Source: Acetobacteraceae bacterium
GTDB lineage: Bacteria > Pseudomonadota > Alphaproteobacteria > Acetobacterales > Acetobacteraceae
Direction of reading: 5' to 3'
DNA length: 64,000 bases
Assembly (NCBI GenBank): GCA_965231175.1
Contig: CBDDMJ010000009.1
Span: 60,496 to 124,495, forward strand
The translations under genes were made by a program, and so were the position numbers. Within the stretch, counting starts at the first letter, position 1; each line of letters begins with the position of its first letter. The notes under the pieces are model-generated. The model did no database searches. It was not told where the DNA came from and worked only from the letters and a program-made list of their open reading frames with translations. This document shows, piece by piece, positions 39,358-49,067 of this stretch.

Positions 39358-39981
39358 ATGAAAATGACCGTCGCCACACCTGATCTGTCCAATCCCGTCA
39401 TCGTCAAAAAATATGCCAACCGCCGCTTATACAATACCGAAAGCTCATCCTATATCACGCTCGACAATCTGGCCGAAATGGTACGCAACAACCGCGATTT
39501 CGTGGTCTACGATGCCAAATCCGGCGAAGATATCACGCGCAGCGTGCTGACGCAGATTATCGTCGAGGAAGAAGGCAAGGGCAAAGCCATGCTGCCGACC
39601 AATTTCCTGCGTCAGTTAATCGGCTTTTATGGCGATAATATGCAGAGCGTGGTGCCGCGTTATCTCGATCAGGCGATGAACAGCTTCGCCAAGCAGCAGG
39701 AATCCATCCGTACCGCCATGCAGCAGACCATCGGCACGTTTTTGCCGCCAGGCATGGAGGATGTGGGGCGCAAGAACATGGCGATGATGGAGCGTGCCAT
39801 GAATTTGTTCACGCCGTTCTACAAGGATGGCAGCGACGGCAAGGCCGGGGCGGCGCTGAATGAATACCAGGAGGAAATCATCAGCCTGCGCGCCGAGGTG
39901 GAGCGGCTGCAACAGCAACTGGCGACACTGCGCGCCAAGACCAAACCGGTACCGCCAAAAATGCCTGAGCAGGATCCTTAA
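39358..39981 (+). CDS. phaR: polyhydroxyalkanoate synthesis repressor
   Basis: MKMTVATPDLSNPVIVKKYANRRLYNTESSSYITLDNLAEMV is the canonical PhaR N-terminus. Confidence 0.85.
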   Translation: MKMTVATPDLSNPVIVKKYANRRLYNTESSSYITLDNLAEMVRNNRDFVVYDAKSGEDITRSVLTQIIVEEEGKGKAMLPTNFLRQLIGFYGDNMQSVVPRYLDQAMNSFAKQQESIRTAMQQTIGTFLPPGMEDVGRKNMAMMERAMNLFTPFYKDGSDGKAGAALNEYQEEIISLRAEVERLQQQLATLRAKTKPVPPKMPEQDP

Positions 39982-40118
39982 CTTTGCGACATCACCGGTT
40001 TTTGTGGGTGACGCCTGTGACCGGCGCGCTTAGAGCTGGATGACATTCAAAGGAGTTCGGTGTCTTCCATAACAGCCGGTATGAACGCAGGTCAGCGCCC
40101 GGAGCCTCATATACCAGT

Positions 40119-40562
40119 TTGCTGGGATTCGTGGCGCTGTGCCTGCTGGTGGGGGCCGCCGGTGCCGGGATCACGATCAGCAATATCCATAGCTGGTATC
40201 TGACCCTTGATCCGCCGCCGGCAACGCCGCCGAACCGGGTGTTCTATCCGGTGTGGACAGTGCTTTATACCATGATGGGGGTGGCGGCCTGGCGCGTCTG
40301 GCGGCTGCCCAACTACCATGCCGCCCTCACCCTGTGGGGCTGGCAGCTGGGGTTGAATGCGTTGTGGACCCCGGTGTTTTTCGGGTTGCATTTGCTGCTG
40401 CCGGCGCTGGCCGTACTCCTGGGTTTGAACGTCATGGTGGTTTTGACCATCGGCCGGTTTTACCGGCAGGATAAAACGGCGGCGTTTTTGTTGCTGCCTT
40501 ACCTGGGTTGGACCGGGTTTGCGGTCTATCTGAATGCCGGGTTCTGGTGGCTGAACCATTAA
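40119..40562 (+). CDS. tspO: TspO/MBR family tryptophan-rich sensory protein
   Basis: 147 aa with W..L..PP..PPN.VF.PVWT.LY..MG.A.W and LLLPYL.W..FA..LN. Confidence 0.85.
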   Translation: MLGFVALCLLVGAAGAGITISNIHSWYLTLDPPPATPPNRVFYPVWTVLYTMMGVAAWRVWRLPNYHAALTLWGWQLGLNALWTPVFFGLHLLLPALAVLLGLNVMVVLTIGRFYRQDKTAAFLLLPYLGWTGFAVYLNAGFWWLNH

Positions 40563-40580
40563 TAGGCTAAAACCGCCGGT

Positions 40581-41174
40581 ATGACCCAATCCACCGGACT
40601 GTCCGCCACCGCCGCTCTGCTCATCGGCCTCACCTTCGCCGTGTCCGCGCAGGCGCAGAACGATCCGACCGGCGGCAATCCAACGGGCATCAGCAATCCG
40701 GCCCCCGTGCAGCCGCGCCAGCCGGCCCCGGATATCGCACCGCCCGCCTTGCCCGGCGCCAGCGCGCAGGTGCTCAGCACCGCCCCCAAATTAACCCCCG
40801 CCTCCTCCGGCGACCCGACCACCGCCTTGTTTACCGCCATCAACAAAGCCGATTACGCGGCAGCCCAGGATGCCGTAAGCCGGGGGGCGGACCTCAATGC
40901 GCAGAACAGTCTCGGCGAATCCCCGCTCGATTTGGCGATTTCGTTGAACCGCAACGATATTACCTTCATGCTGCTCTCGGCCCGCAACGAAAGCGGCGAT
41001 AGCTATGCCCCGCCAGCAACGCCCGCAACGGCACGAAACCATGCCGCGCCGGTTGTGAAAACCTACACCGTCCCGGCACGGCTGGTGGAAACCCCGAAAA
41101 AACCGGCGGCACCAGCCAATGTTGCGGGTACGCCGAATGTGTCGGTCGGGTTTCTGGGGTTTGGGACGAAATAG
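40581..41174 (+). CDS. secreted ankyrin-repeat protein
   Basis: Signal peptide ...LTFAVSAQA. The ankyrin unit is TALFTAINKADYAAAQDAVSRGADLNAQNSLGESPLDLAISLNRNDITFMLL. Confidence 0.7.
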   Translation: MTQSTGLSATAALLIGLTFAVSAQAQNDPTGGNPTGISNPAPVQPRQPAPDIAPPALPGASAQVLSTAPKLTPASSGDPTTALFTAINKADYAAAQDAVSRGADLNAQNSLGESPLDLAISLNRNDITFMLLSARNESGDSYAPPATPATARNHAAPVVKTYTVPARLVETPKKPAAPANVAGTPNVSVGFLGFGTK

Positions 41175-41177
41175 CTA

Positions 41178-41250
41178 GCAGCAAGCAGCAGCTTTTTTGT
41201 AAAAAAGCTGCGCAAAAAACTTTTGCTCCTTGGGGCATGGGCGGTGGTGC
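41178..41250. repeat. half MITE/REP-like element, copy E10
   Basis: GCAGCAAGCAG + CAGCTTTTTT/AAAAAAGCTG hairpin + CGCAAAAAACTTTTGCTCCTTGGGGCATGGGCG. The second half is absent. Confidence 0.5.
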
Positions 41251-41260
41251 CAGCGTCTTT

Positions 41261-42631
41261 TCACTGTTGATTTAGGCTGACGATAACTTTCAGCCCTGGT
41301 CTGTTATCCTCAAGGGTGATCGTGCCTTCATGCAATGCCGCTATGGCGAGCGAAAGGGGCAGGCCCAGGCCATGACCGGGGCGATGGCGGGACGCATCAA
41401 GCCTGACGAAGCGCTGCAGCACGCGTTTACGGTCTGCAGGCGGAATGCCGCTGCCGTTATCGGCAAAATTTATCGCGATTTTGCCGTCGCGCCGGTTGGC
41501 ACTTATTGAAACGACGGACGCGCCTTCGGCATGCAGGATGATATTGTCCAGCATATTCGAGAAAAGCTGCAATATTAAATCCTGATCGCCGCGCAGCATC
41601 AAATTCGGCGCGATATCGGTCTCGATCAGGATTTCCGCCTCGGCGAAAGAAGGTTCGTAGCTCTCTATCAACATCAACAGGATCGAGGTGATCGACATAT
41701 CGGTGAAATGGGCGCGCCGGCCGCCGGCTTCGACCTCGGCAATCCGCAGCATTGCTGCAAAAATCCCAAGCGCCTGATCAATCTGAGCCAGCGCTTCATC
41801 GAATACCTCCCGCAATTCGGGTTCGCTCTGTCTTGCACTTGAAAGCTCAAGATGCTCCCGCAAACGCGCCAGAGGCGAACGAAGGTCATGAGAAATATCG
41901 CTTGCGACCTGCTTGAGATTTTCCATCAGGTGCTGAAGCCGCTGCAGCATCGCATTCATGCTGGCCGCCAGGCGATCGAACTCGTCGCCGGCAGGGGTGA
42001 TCTCAATCCGCCGCGACAGATCGCCCTGCATGATATCGCGCAATGTCGTGGCAAACATATCGACCCGGCTCTGCGCCGTGCGGGCGGCGAGATAGCCGTT
42101 CAACAGGCCAAGCGCCATGATAATGCCGAATACCGCAAGGAAGGATTGCGCAATCACTTTATTCAGGCTCAGCAGTGCTGTGGCATCGGCGGCAATAAAC
42201 AGTGTCTCGCCATCCGGAAAACGCCGCGCGATGCCGCGGATTGCTAAAACTCTCTTCGGCAAGGTCAAACCGTCACGCGCCCGGAATGTGCGCAAGCCGG
42301 TCCACCGGTTCGCCAAGCCTGGCGTAAGACGGAAATTCCCGGCTTTCCAGCGGTGATCCGCGCCGATATCCGCAAAGAACAAACCGCCTCCTTCGGCCAA
42401 GGTCGCGTTTACGTTTTGCGCCACCGGCTGGCGGTCATGCTGGATGTCGCCAAGAATATCGCTGAGTGCTGCGTCCACCGCATCGTCGATCTGTCCGCGC
42501 CAGGCAATTTCCGCCGCATGGTGAATGATGAGGAACACCAGAATGGCGCCGCCGAGCGACAGCGCCAGGCTGCGGAGTGCCAGGCGGAAACCGGAAGTTT
42601 TGAGAAGGCGTCGGGAAGCATCAGGCCGCAT
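41261..42631 (-). CDS. sensor histidine kinase (HAMP-HisKA-HATPase_c)
   Basis: The start was chosen at MRPDASRRLL.. It has two TM helices, the H-box ASDISHDLRSPL, the N-box LDNIILHA and the G-box DNGSGIP. Confidence 0.8.
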   Translation of the reverse strand: MRPDASRRLLKTSGFRLALRSLALSLGGAILVFLIIHHAAEIAWRGQIDDAVDAALSDILGDIQHDRQPVAQNVNATLAEGGGLFFADIGADHRWKAGNFRLTPGLANRWTGLRTFRARDGLTLPKRVLAIRGIARRFPDGETLFIAADATALLSLNKVIAQSFLAVFGIIMALGLLNGYLAARTAQSRVDMFATTLRDIMQGDLSRRIEITPAGDEFDRLAASMNAMLQRLQHLMENLKQVASDISHDLRSPLARLREHLELSSARQSEPELREVFDEALAQIDQALGIFAAMLRIAEVEAGGRRAHFTDMSITSILLMLIESYEPSFAEAEILIETDIAPNLMLRGDQDLILQLFSNMLDNIILHAEGASVVSISANRRDGKIAINFADNGSGIPPADRKRVLQRFVRLDASRHRPGHGLGLPLSLAIAALHEGTITLEDNRPGLKVIVSLNQQ

Positions 42632-43295
42632 CGATCTTATATCCGGCGCCGCGATACGTTTGAATGAGCGGCGGCGAAAAGCCGTTATCGATTTTGCTGC
42701 GCAATCGGCTGATATGCGCTTCGACAATGCTGGTGCGAGGTACGAAATGAAATCCCCACACATCTTCCAGCAACATCGTTCGGGTTACGACCTGACCGGC
42801 ATTGCTCATCAAATATTCCAGCACCTCGTATTCCCGCGGCTTCAGCAGAATTCTGCTGCCACCGCGGCGCACGGTTCTTGAACTTCTGTTGAGTTCCAGA
42901 TCGGCGATCTGCTGCACGACGGGCTGTTGCGGCACGGCATTGCGCCTGGTCAGAGCGGAAATCCTCGCCGAAAGCTCTGCCATGGCGTATGGTTTGACCA
43001 GGTAATCATCGCCGCCGGCCCGCAACCCCTGCAGCCGGTCATCCAACCCGCCCAATGCCGTCAGGAACAAGGCAGGCGTGTGAATGCCGGCGGCGCGTAA
43101 TGTCTGCAGCACGTTAATGCCATCCAGGCCAGGCAATAGTCTATCGAGGATCAAAATGTCGAAGCTGCCGGAGACGGCAGTGATCAAACCGGCTCGTCCG
43201 TCGCCGGCAACGTCCACCTCATGCCCATCCGCTGCCAATCCTTCGCAGAGATTTGCCGCTGCCTGTGGGTCATCCTCGATCAGTAGGATTCTCAT
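42621..43295 (-). CDS. OmpR-family response regulator
   Basis: MRILLIEDDPQAA...DILILDRLLPGLDG... with a winged-helix C-terminus (YRGAGYKI). Confidence 0.9.
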   Translation of the reverse strand: MRILLIEDDPQAAANLCEGLAADGHEVDVAGDGRAGLITAVSGSFDILILDRLLPGLDGINVLQTLRAAGIHTPALFLTALGGLDDRLQGLRAGGDDYLVKPYAMAELSARISALTRRNAVPQQPVVQQIADLELNRSSRTVRRGGSRILLKPREYEVLEYLMSNAGQVVTRTMLLEDVWGFHFVPRTSIVEAHISRLRSKIDNGFSPPLIQTYRGAGYKIDAA

Positions 43296-43431
43296 CGGCC
43301 TGCATTTAGCAGAGGCTGGGTGGTGTTGCACATAAATCGCGGCCGGCAGCATCCCACGACGGTTCAAGATTAAAATCAGACAAGGTTGCCGTAACGCTTT
43401 GGGCAAGTGCGAACATGCATTGCCGGTGGCT

Positions 43432-44757
43432 ATGCGGATGTTGATAGCCCTTTTACTGGCTGCGGTCCTTACCGGATGCGCTGCCTACCATGCCGCGCCC
43501 TTGCCGAGCGCGCCCAGCCTGGCATCAACGCCGGCCGAGCTGCCGGCTCGTTTGCCCGATGGCGTGCGTATCGATACCAGCATGCCTCTGTCCTTGCAGA
43601 ATATCGCAGCCCTTGCTGTTCTGAACGACCCGGCGCTTAAGGCCGCACGGGCTCAGCATGATATTTCCGCCGCCGAACTGACGGCGGGCATGCCGCCCGA
43701 TCCTTCCATTTCCGGCGGTTTTGCGGCCCTGCTCGGGGGGCCGGGAACGATGCCTGCGATCTCCGGTGCCTTCACCCAAGATATCGGCGCGTTGATCACC
43801 TATAAGACCGAGCGCCAGGCGGCATCGGCCGGGCTCGGCCAGGTGGATGCCGGAATTCTCTGGCAGGAATGGCAGGTTGCCGCACAGGCCGAACAATTAG
43901 CCGTAGCGATCTGCGCCGATCAGGCCAACCTCGCCAGCCTGCAGGCTGATCGCGCGCTGCTCACCAGCGTCGACCAGGCGACACAATCCGAAATTGCCCA
44001 AAGCAACCAGACTCTGAATGATGGCGCAACGAGCATGGCAGCACTTGCCGCCGTGCAATCGGCGCTGGCGGCCGTGGCGTTTCAGGCAAGCCATGACGTG
44101 GATCAGCTGGACGCTTTGCTCGGCCTGCAGCCCGGTACCGCCATCGCTATCGCGGCATTGCAGGTGCAGGCGCCACCTGCGGACCTGCTTGCCCGAGCCT
44201 TGGCCACTTTGGGCCAGCGCCGCCCCGATCTCATCGCGTTGCGCTACGGCTACGATCAGGCTGATGCGAGGTTACGCGCCGCCATCCTCACCCAGTTTCT
44301 GCCGCTCAGCCTGGGTGCCAATGGCGGGCGGGATACCACGGGCGTTGATACGGCCGGCCCGCAGATCACCCTGACCTTGCCGTTCTTCAACCGCAACCGC
44401 AGCGCCATCAAGGCAGCGGCGGCGACGCGCGCGGCGCTGGCCGCACAATATGCCGCCGCCCTCGATGGAGCGGCGAGTGGAATGCAGGCGCTGGCGGCGG
44501 ATATTGCGTTGCTGCAACCAGAAACCGCGCAGGCACAGACCGCAGCGATGCAGGCGGGCAGCATGGCAGCATCCGCGCAAACCGCCTTTGCAGACGGCCA
44601 GATCAGCGCCCCTGCCCTGGCCAACCTGCAAGTCGGCGCCGGCGAACGTCAACGCAATTATGTCAGCCTGCGCAGCCAGCTTCAAAGCACCGAAATCTCA
44701 CTGGCAACACTGCTCGGCCTTGGCCTTCCTTTACTTGAAGAGACATCACCATCTTGA
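43432..44757 (+). CDS. TolC/CzcC-family outer membrane efflux protein
   Basis: Lipobox LLAAVLTGC. It is Ala/Gln-rich with a two-repeat coiled-coil OEP layout. It is the first gene of a three-gene efflux operon with 4-nt overlaps. Confidence 0.75.
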   Translation: MRMLIALLLAAVLTGCAAYHAAPLPSAPSLASTPAELPARLPDGVRIDTSMPLSLQNIAALAVLNDPALKAARAQHDISAAELTAGMPPDPSISGGFAALLGGPGTMPAISGAFTQDIGALITYKTERQAASAGLGQVDAGILWQEWQVAAQAEQLAVAICADQANLASLQADRALLTSVDQATQSEIAQSNQTLNDGATSMAALAAVQSALAAVAFQASHDVDQLDALLGLQPGTAIAIAALQVQAPPADLLARALATLGQRRPDLIALRYGYDQADARLRAAILTQFLPLSLGANGGRDTTGVDTAGPQITLTLPFFNRNRSAIKAAAATRAALAAQYAAALDGAASGMQALAADIALLQPETAQAQTAAMQAGSMAASAQTAFADGQISAPALANLQVGAGERQRNYVSLRSQLQSTEISLATLLGLGLPLLEETSPS

Positions 44758-45803
44758 AAAAGCGTTTGTTCTCCGCTGGTTTAGCCGGCCTCGCAGTACT
44801 TGCCGGGCTTTTCCTGCTCATCCGTCCGGCGCCGAAGCCACCAGCCTCGCCGGCACCAAGTGCCATGGTCAGTTACGTACATGTGTTCCGGCAGGTTGTG
44901 CCGCTCAGGGTCGAAGGCGCCGGCAGCGTTGTCGCGGGGGTGGCGCCATCGGATATCAGCCTCGCCGCACCCGGCATTGTCACCGTCTTCACGGTGCGGG
45001 CCGGCCAGGCGGTTGATGAAGGCGAGGTGCTGGCTCTGGTCATGCCCGATCCCCTATCCGTTGCGGTTCTGCGAAAAGCGGGGAATGCCGTTCATGCCGC
45101 CGGCGCTGCCCGTGACCATGTGGCGGCACTGCTGGCACAGCATCTGGCAACCAAGGCCGACCTTGCCGCCGCGTCGCAGAATTTGCAGGACATGCAGACA
45201 GATTTTGCGGCTTTGCAAGCCACCGGCACCGGAACGCAACGCCGCCTCGTAGCACCCTTCGCTGGAACGATCACCGCCATCTCCGCGGCTCCCGGCAGTC
45301 TTTTGCCCGCCGGCACAGCGGTGTTTCAGCTTGCCGCCGCATCCGGGCTCAGCATCCTGGCCGGGGTTGCCGAAGCCGATGCGCTGCAAATCCGCCAGGG
45401 AGACACGGCGAGGATCACCCTTCTCAATACCGGGGTACAATTATCAGCGACCGTTGCGCAACGCGCAACGATGCTCAACCCGCAAACCGGTCTCATCGAC
45501 GTCACGCTGCTGCCGGCCGGCGCCGTTACGCTGGGTGAACCTGTGGCGGTTACGATTACCACGGGCAGCGTCGCGGCCTTTCAGGTGCCCAGTGCTGCGG
45601 TGTTGAGCGATGCAGAGGGCGATTATGTCTTCCTGCTCGATCATCGAAATATCGCGCATCGTAAAGATGTGCAGGTGATCGAATCTGAAAGCGGCACCAG
45701 CGTTCTGGCGCCAGATTTTGACGCCGGCATGCGTTTGGCAACCACCGGCGCCTATCAACTCTCGGACGGAATGACGGCAACGCTGCAAGGTATCGCCCCT
45801 TGA
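44754..45803 (+). CDS. efflux RND periplasmic adaptor (MFP)
   Basis: 349 aa with an N-terminal anchor and biotinyl-lipoyl-like/hairpin/beta-barrel pattern. It overlaps both neighbours. Confidence 0.75.
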   Translation: MKKRLFSAGLAGLAVLAGLFLLIRPAPKPPASPAPSAMVSYVHVFRQVVPLRVEGAGSVVAGVAPSDISLAAPGIVTVFTVRAGQAVDEGEVLALVMPDPLSVAVLRKAGNAVHAAGAARDHVAALLAQHLATKADLAAASQNLQDMQTDFAALQATGTGTQRRLVAPFAGTITAISAAPGSLLPAGTAVFQLAAASGLSILAGVAEADALQIRQGDTARITLLNTGVQLSATVAQRATMLNPQTGLIDVTLLPAGAVTLGEPVAVTITTGSVAAFQVPSAAVLSDAEGDYVFLLDHRNIAHRKDVQVIESESGTSVLAPDFDAGMRLATTGAYQLSDGMTATLQGIAP

Positions 45804-48800
45804 GCATGATTGTCTGGCTGGACCGGCATCGCCGATCTGTTCTTACAATAGCGGCGGCACTGGCGCTGGCAGGAATGACCGCAGCGATCAGCCTGCCGAT
45901 TGGTCTCTATCCCGATGCGTCCTTTCCACGTGTCCGCATCAATATCGATGCCGGCAGCCAGCCCGCATCACAGATGGTGTTGCAGACCACCCAGAAGATC
46001 GAACAGGCGGTCCGTGCCGTTCCAGGCGTTGTCGATCTTGTTTCCATCACCTCGCGCGGCGCAGCACAGATCACCGTGGATTTTGCCTGGGGTACGGATA
46101 TGGCAGCGGCAACGCTTGGCGTGAACGCGGCGATGGCGCAGAGCCTCGGCGGTTTTTCCTCTGGTATCAACTATACCGTTCTGCGGATGACCCCGAATGT
46201 GTTTCCGTTCATGGCCTATGCGTTATCCTCTCCCACCATAAGCCAGGCGCGGCTGCAGGAGATCGCTACCTATCAGCTGGTGCCGCTGCTCTCCGGGCTG
46301 ACCGGCGTTGCCCAGGCGCAGGTGCAGGGCGGCGATACCACAGAGGTTGAGGTGAGCGCCGATCCGCGGCGCCTTGAGGCTTTTCATCTCACGCTCGATG
46401 ATCTGGTGAATGCGTTGAGCGGCGCCAACACCCTGCAATCCGTCGGACGGGTGGAAGATCACGACCTGCTTTACCTGGTCCTGGCCTCCAATCCTTTGCA
46501 CGGAGTTGAGGATGTAAAACACACCGTCATCCACGCCGGACCTGCAGGTGTACTGCACCTGTCAGATGTCGCGGATGTGCGGATGGGGGTGGTGCCGCAA
46601 TTCCTCAGCGTCGATGCCAACGGCAAGCGTGCCGTGACGTTGTTGCTTTTCCAGCAGCCAGGCACGGACATGGTTCATATCGCCAAGGCGGCCGACCAGG
46701 CATTGGCAGGGTTCGCCGCGCAATTGCCGCCTGGCGTTACACTGACCAAGTGGTACGATCAGAGCGCGCTGGTGCTCGCTGCGGCAGGCTCGGTGCGGGA
46801 TGCCATTTTGATCGGCATTGTTCTGGCGGCGATTGTCCTGTTGATTTTTCTGCGCAGCTGGCGGATCACCCTGCTTGCCATTGCCGTCGTGCCAGCCGCG
46901 CTCGCTGCCGCCATTCTGGTGCTTTCCCTGTTCGGGCTCAGCTTCAATATCATGACGCTGGGCGGCCTCGCGGCTTCGGTTGGCCTGGTTATCGACGACG
47001 TCATCGTAATGATCGAACATATCGCAAGGCGGAGTGCGGAAGGTGCCAAGACCAAGGGACGCCTGTGGGTGTTGTCTGCCGGCAGCGAATTTCTCTGGCC
47101 GCTGACCGGCTCATCCGCCGCCACGCTACTGGTTTTCGCGCCGCTGGGCTTTCTGTCGGGCGTTACCGGCGCATTCTTCAAAGCACTCTCGTTGACCATG
47201 ACAGCCACCCTGCTGGCGTCCTGGGCACTTACCGCTTTGGCCGTGCCGTTGCTGGCAGGCACGTTAATGGATTTCGAACGCTGGCATGATCCTGGAGCAA
47301 ACCGCGAGGGCAGGTTGGACCGGCTGCTTGGCGGGCTTTTGGCGGCATTGTTTCGCCGCCCAGCACTCCTGCTCCTGCCGGCAGCACTCCTGCTCGGCAT
47401 CGGTCTGTTTTCATATTTTCATGTGCAGACCGGTTTCATGCCCGATCTCGACGAGGGTGGGTTTGTGCTGGATTTCATAACGGAACCTGGAACCTCGCTC
47501 GCGGAAAGCGAGCGCGAGATGGGAGAAATCGAAGTCATACTCCGTAACGATCGGGCGGTGCAGGACTACTCCCTGCGCGTGGGCGCCGGGTTTGGCGGCG
47601 ATCTGCATGAATCCAATTCCGGCGATTTCGTGATCCGCCTGAAACCGCTCGGCCAGCGGGACGGCATCAACACGGTTATGGCCCGGATCAGCGGCGCCAT
47701 CACCGCTCATGTCCCAGGCGTGAATTTCGATCCGCACCAGCTGATGGGCGATGAAATCGGCGACCTGACAGGCGTGCCTCAGCCGATCGAAATCAAGCTT
47801 GCCGCCGCCGATCCTGCCCAGCTTGATCCGGCGGCTGCGCGCGTCGCTGCCGCCATCAGCAAAATCGCCGGCGTAAACGCGGTGGATGACGGCATCATCC
47901 CGGCGGGGGATGCCATCAACATCACGGTAGACCTGGCGCGCGCCGCGGCTTTGGGGCTGAATCCTTCACAGGTTGCCGCAATGGTGCGGACTGCGATGGC
48001 AGGCATTGTCGCTACGCAATATCAAGGGGCCGAGCAACTCATCGGGGTTCGCGTGCGCCTGATCGGCGCTGCGCAGTTCAGCAGCGATGATCTGCAATCT
48101 CTGCCTATCTCCACGCCAAGTGGAGCCGTGGTGCCGTTGAAAAGCATCGCCAGTTTCAACGTCGTCTCCGGCCTGCCCGAAATCACGCGGGAGAATTTGC
48201 AGCAGATCGTGGACGTAACCGGGCGGCTCGACGGAAGAGGCCTCGGTGCCGGCATCGCCGATGTGAAGGCAGCGCTGGCAAAGCCCGGCGTATTGGGGCC
48301 TGGCGTGACGTATACGTTGGGCGGGCTCTACCAGCAGCAGCAAATGGCTTTCGCGGGGCTGGCGCGCGTATTTGCGGCTGCATTGCTCGCGGAATTCATT
48401 CTTCTGCTCTTGCTTTACGAACGGTTCACCTGGGTATTGGCGATCATCTGCACATCGCTGCTTTCCACCACCGCGGTCTTCACCGGTCTCTACGTCACCG
48501 ATGTTACGCTAAACATCACGGCGATGATGGGGATGGTGATGATTGTCGGTATCGCTACTGAAATGGCGATATTCTATGTCTCGGAGCTGCAGCATTTGCT
48601 CGCCTCCGTGCCGCCGCGGCAAGCCCTGATGACCGCCAGCGCCAACCGGCTGCGGCCGATTGCCATGACCACGCTCGCCGCCATTCTGACCTTGCTGCCG
48701 CTGGCGCTCGATGTTGGCCAGGGGGCCGGCATGCAGCAACCTCTGGCGGTCGCGATTATCGCCGGTTTGCTGGTGCAGTTTCCCCTCGTTCTCCTGGCCC

Positions 48801-48853
48801 TGCCGGTCCTCCTGTCCGTAATGTCATCCGGCTTTAGAACGAGCTTACCCTAA
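45800..48853 (+). CDS. CusA/CzcA-type heavy-metal efflux RND permease
   Basis: 1017 aa with the 12-TM AcrB/CzcA architecture and a GLVIDDVIVMIEHI block in TM4. Confidence 0.9.
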   Translation: MSMIVWLDRHRRSVLTIAAALALAGMTAAISLPIGLYPDASFPRVRINIDAGSQPASQMVLQTTQKIEQAVRAVPGVVDLVSITSRGAAQITVDFAWGTDMAAATLGVNAAMAQSLGGFSSGINYTVLRMTPNVFPFMAYALSSPTISQARLQEIATYQLVPLLSGLTGVAQAQVQGGDTTEVEVSADPRRLEAFHLTLDDLVNALSGANTLQSVGRVEDHDLLYLVLASNPLHGVEDVKHTVIHAGPAGVLHLSDVADVRMGVVPQFLSVDANGKRAVTLLLFQQPGTDMVHIAKAADQALAGFAAQLPPGVTLTKWYDQSALVLAAAGSVRDAILIGIVLAAIVLLIFLRSWRITLLAIAVVPAALAAAILVLSLFGLSFNIMTLGGLAASVGLVIDDVIVMIEHIARRSAEGAKTKGRLWVLSAGSEFLWPLTGSSAATLLVFAPLGFLSGVTGAFFKALSLTMTATLLASWALTALAVPLLAGTLMDFERWHDPGANREGRLDRLLGGLLAALFRRPALLLLPAALLLGIGLFSYFHVQTGFMPDLDEGGFVLDFITEPGTSLAESEREMGEIEVILRNDRAVQDYSLRVGAGFGGDLHESNSGDFVIRLKPLGQRDGINTVMARISGAITAHVPGVNFDPHQLMGDEIGDLTGVPQPIEIKLAAADPAQLDPAAARVAAAISKIAGVNAVDDGIIPAGDAINITVDLARAAALGLNPSQVAAMVRTAMAGIVATQYQGAEQLIGVRVRLIGAAQFSSDDLQSLPISTPSGAVVPLKSIASFNVVSGLPEITRENLQQIVDVTGRLDGRGLGAGIADVKAALAKPGVLGPGVTYTLGGLYQQQQMAFAGLARVFAAALLAEFILLLLLYERFTWVLAIICTSLLSTTAVFTGLYVTDVTLNITAMMGMVMIVGIATEMAIFYVSELQHLLASVPPRQALMTASANRLRPIAMTTLAAILTLLPLALDVGQGAGMQQPLAVAIIAGLLVQFPLVLLALPVLLSVMSSGFRTSLP

Positions 48854-48860
48854 TTAAATT

Positions 48861-49066
48861 AAAGGAAGCAGCCGCTTTTTTGAAAAAAAGCGGCGCAAAA
48901 AACTTTTGCCATTGAAGGCAAGGGCGTGATTCCGGCAACGCCCCCGAACCCAGGGTAAAATTAATGCTGGAGCATGGGCGCTGGCAATGACAACGCCCCA
49001 GCCCCAGATTCACAAAAGTTTTTTTGCTGCTTTTTTTTCAAAAAAAGCAGTGCTTTCTTGCCTTGC
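48861..49066. repeat. MITE/REP-like element, copy E11 (long form)
   Basis: AAAGGAAGCA + GCCGCTTTTTT/AAAAAAAGCGGC, GGGCGTGATTCCGGCAACGCCC, CCCAGGGTAAAATTAATGCTGG, GGGCGCTGGCAATGACAACGCCC, CTGCTTTTTTTT/AAAAAAAGCAG. Confidence 0.8.
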
Positions 49067-49067
49067 C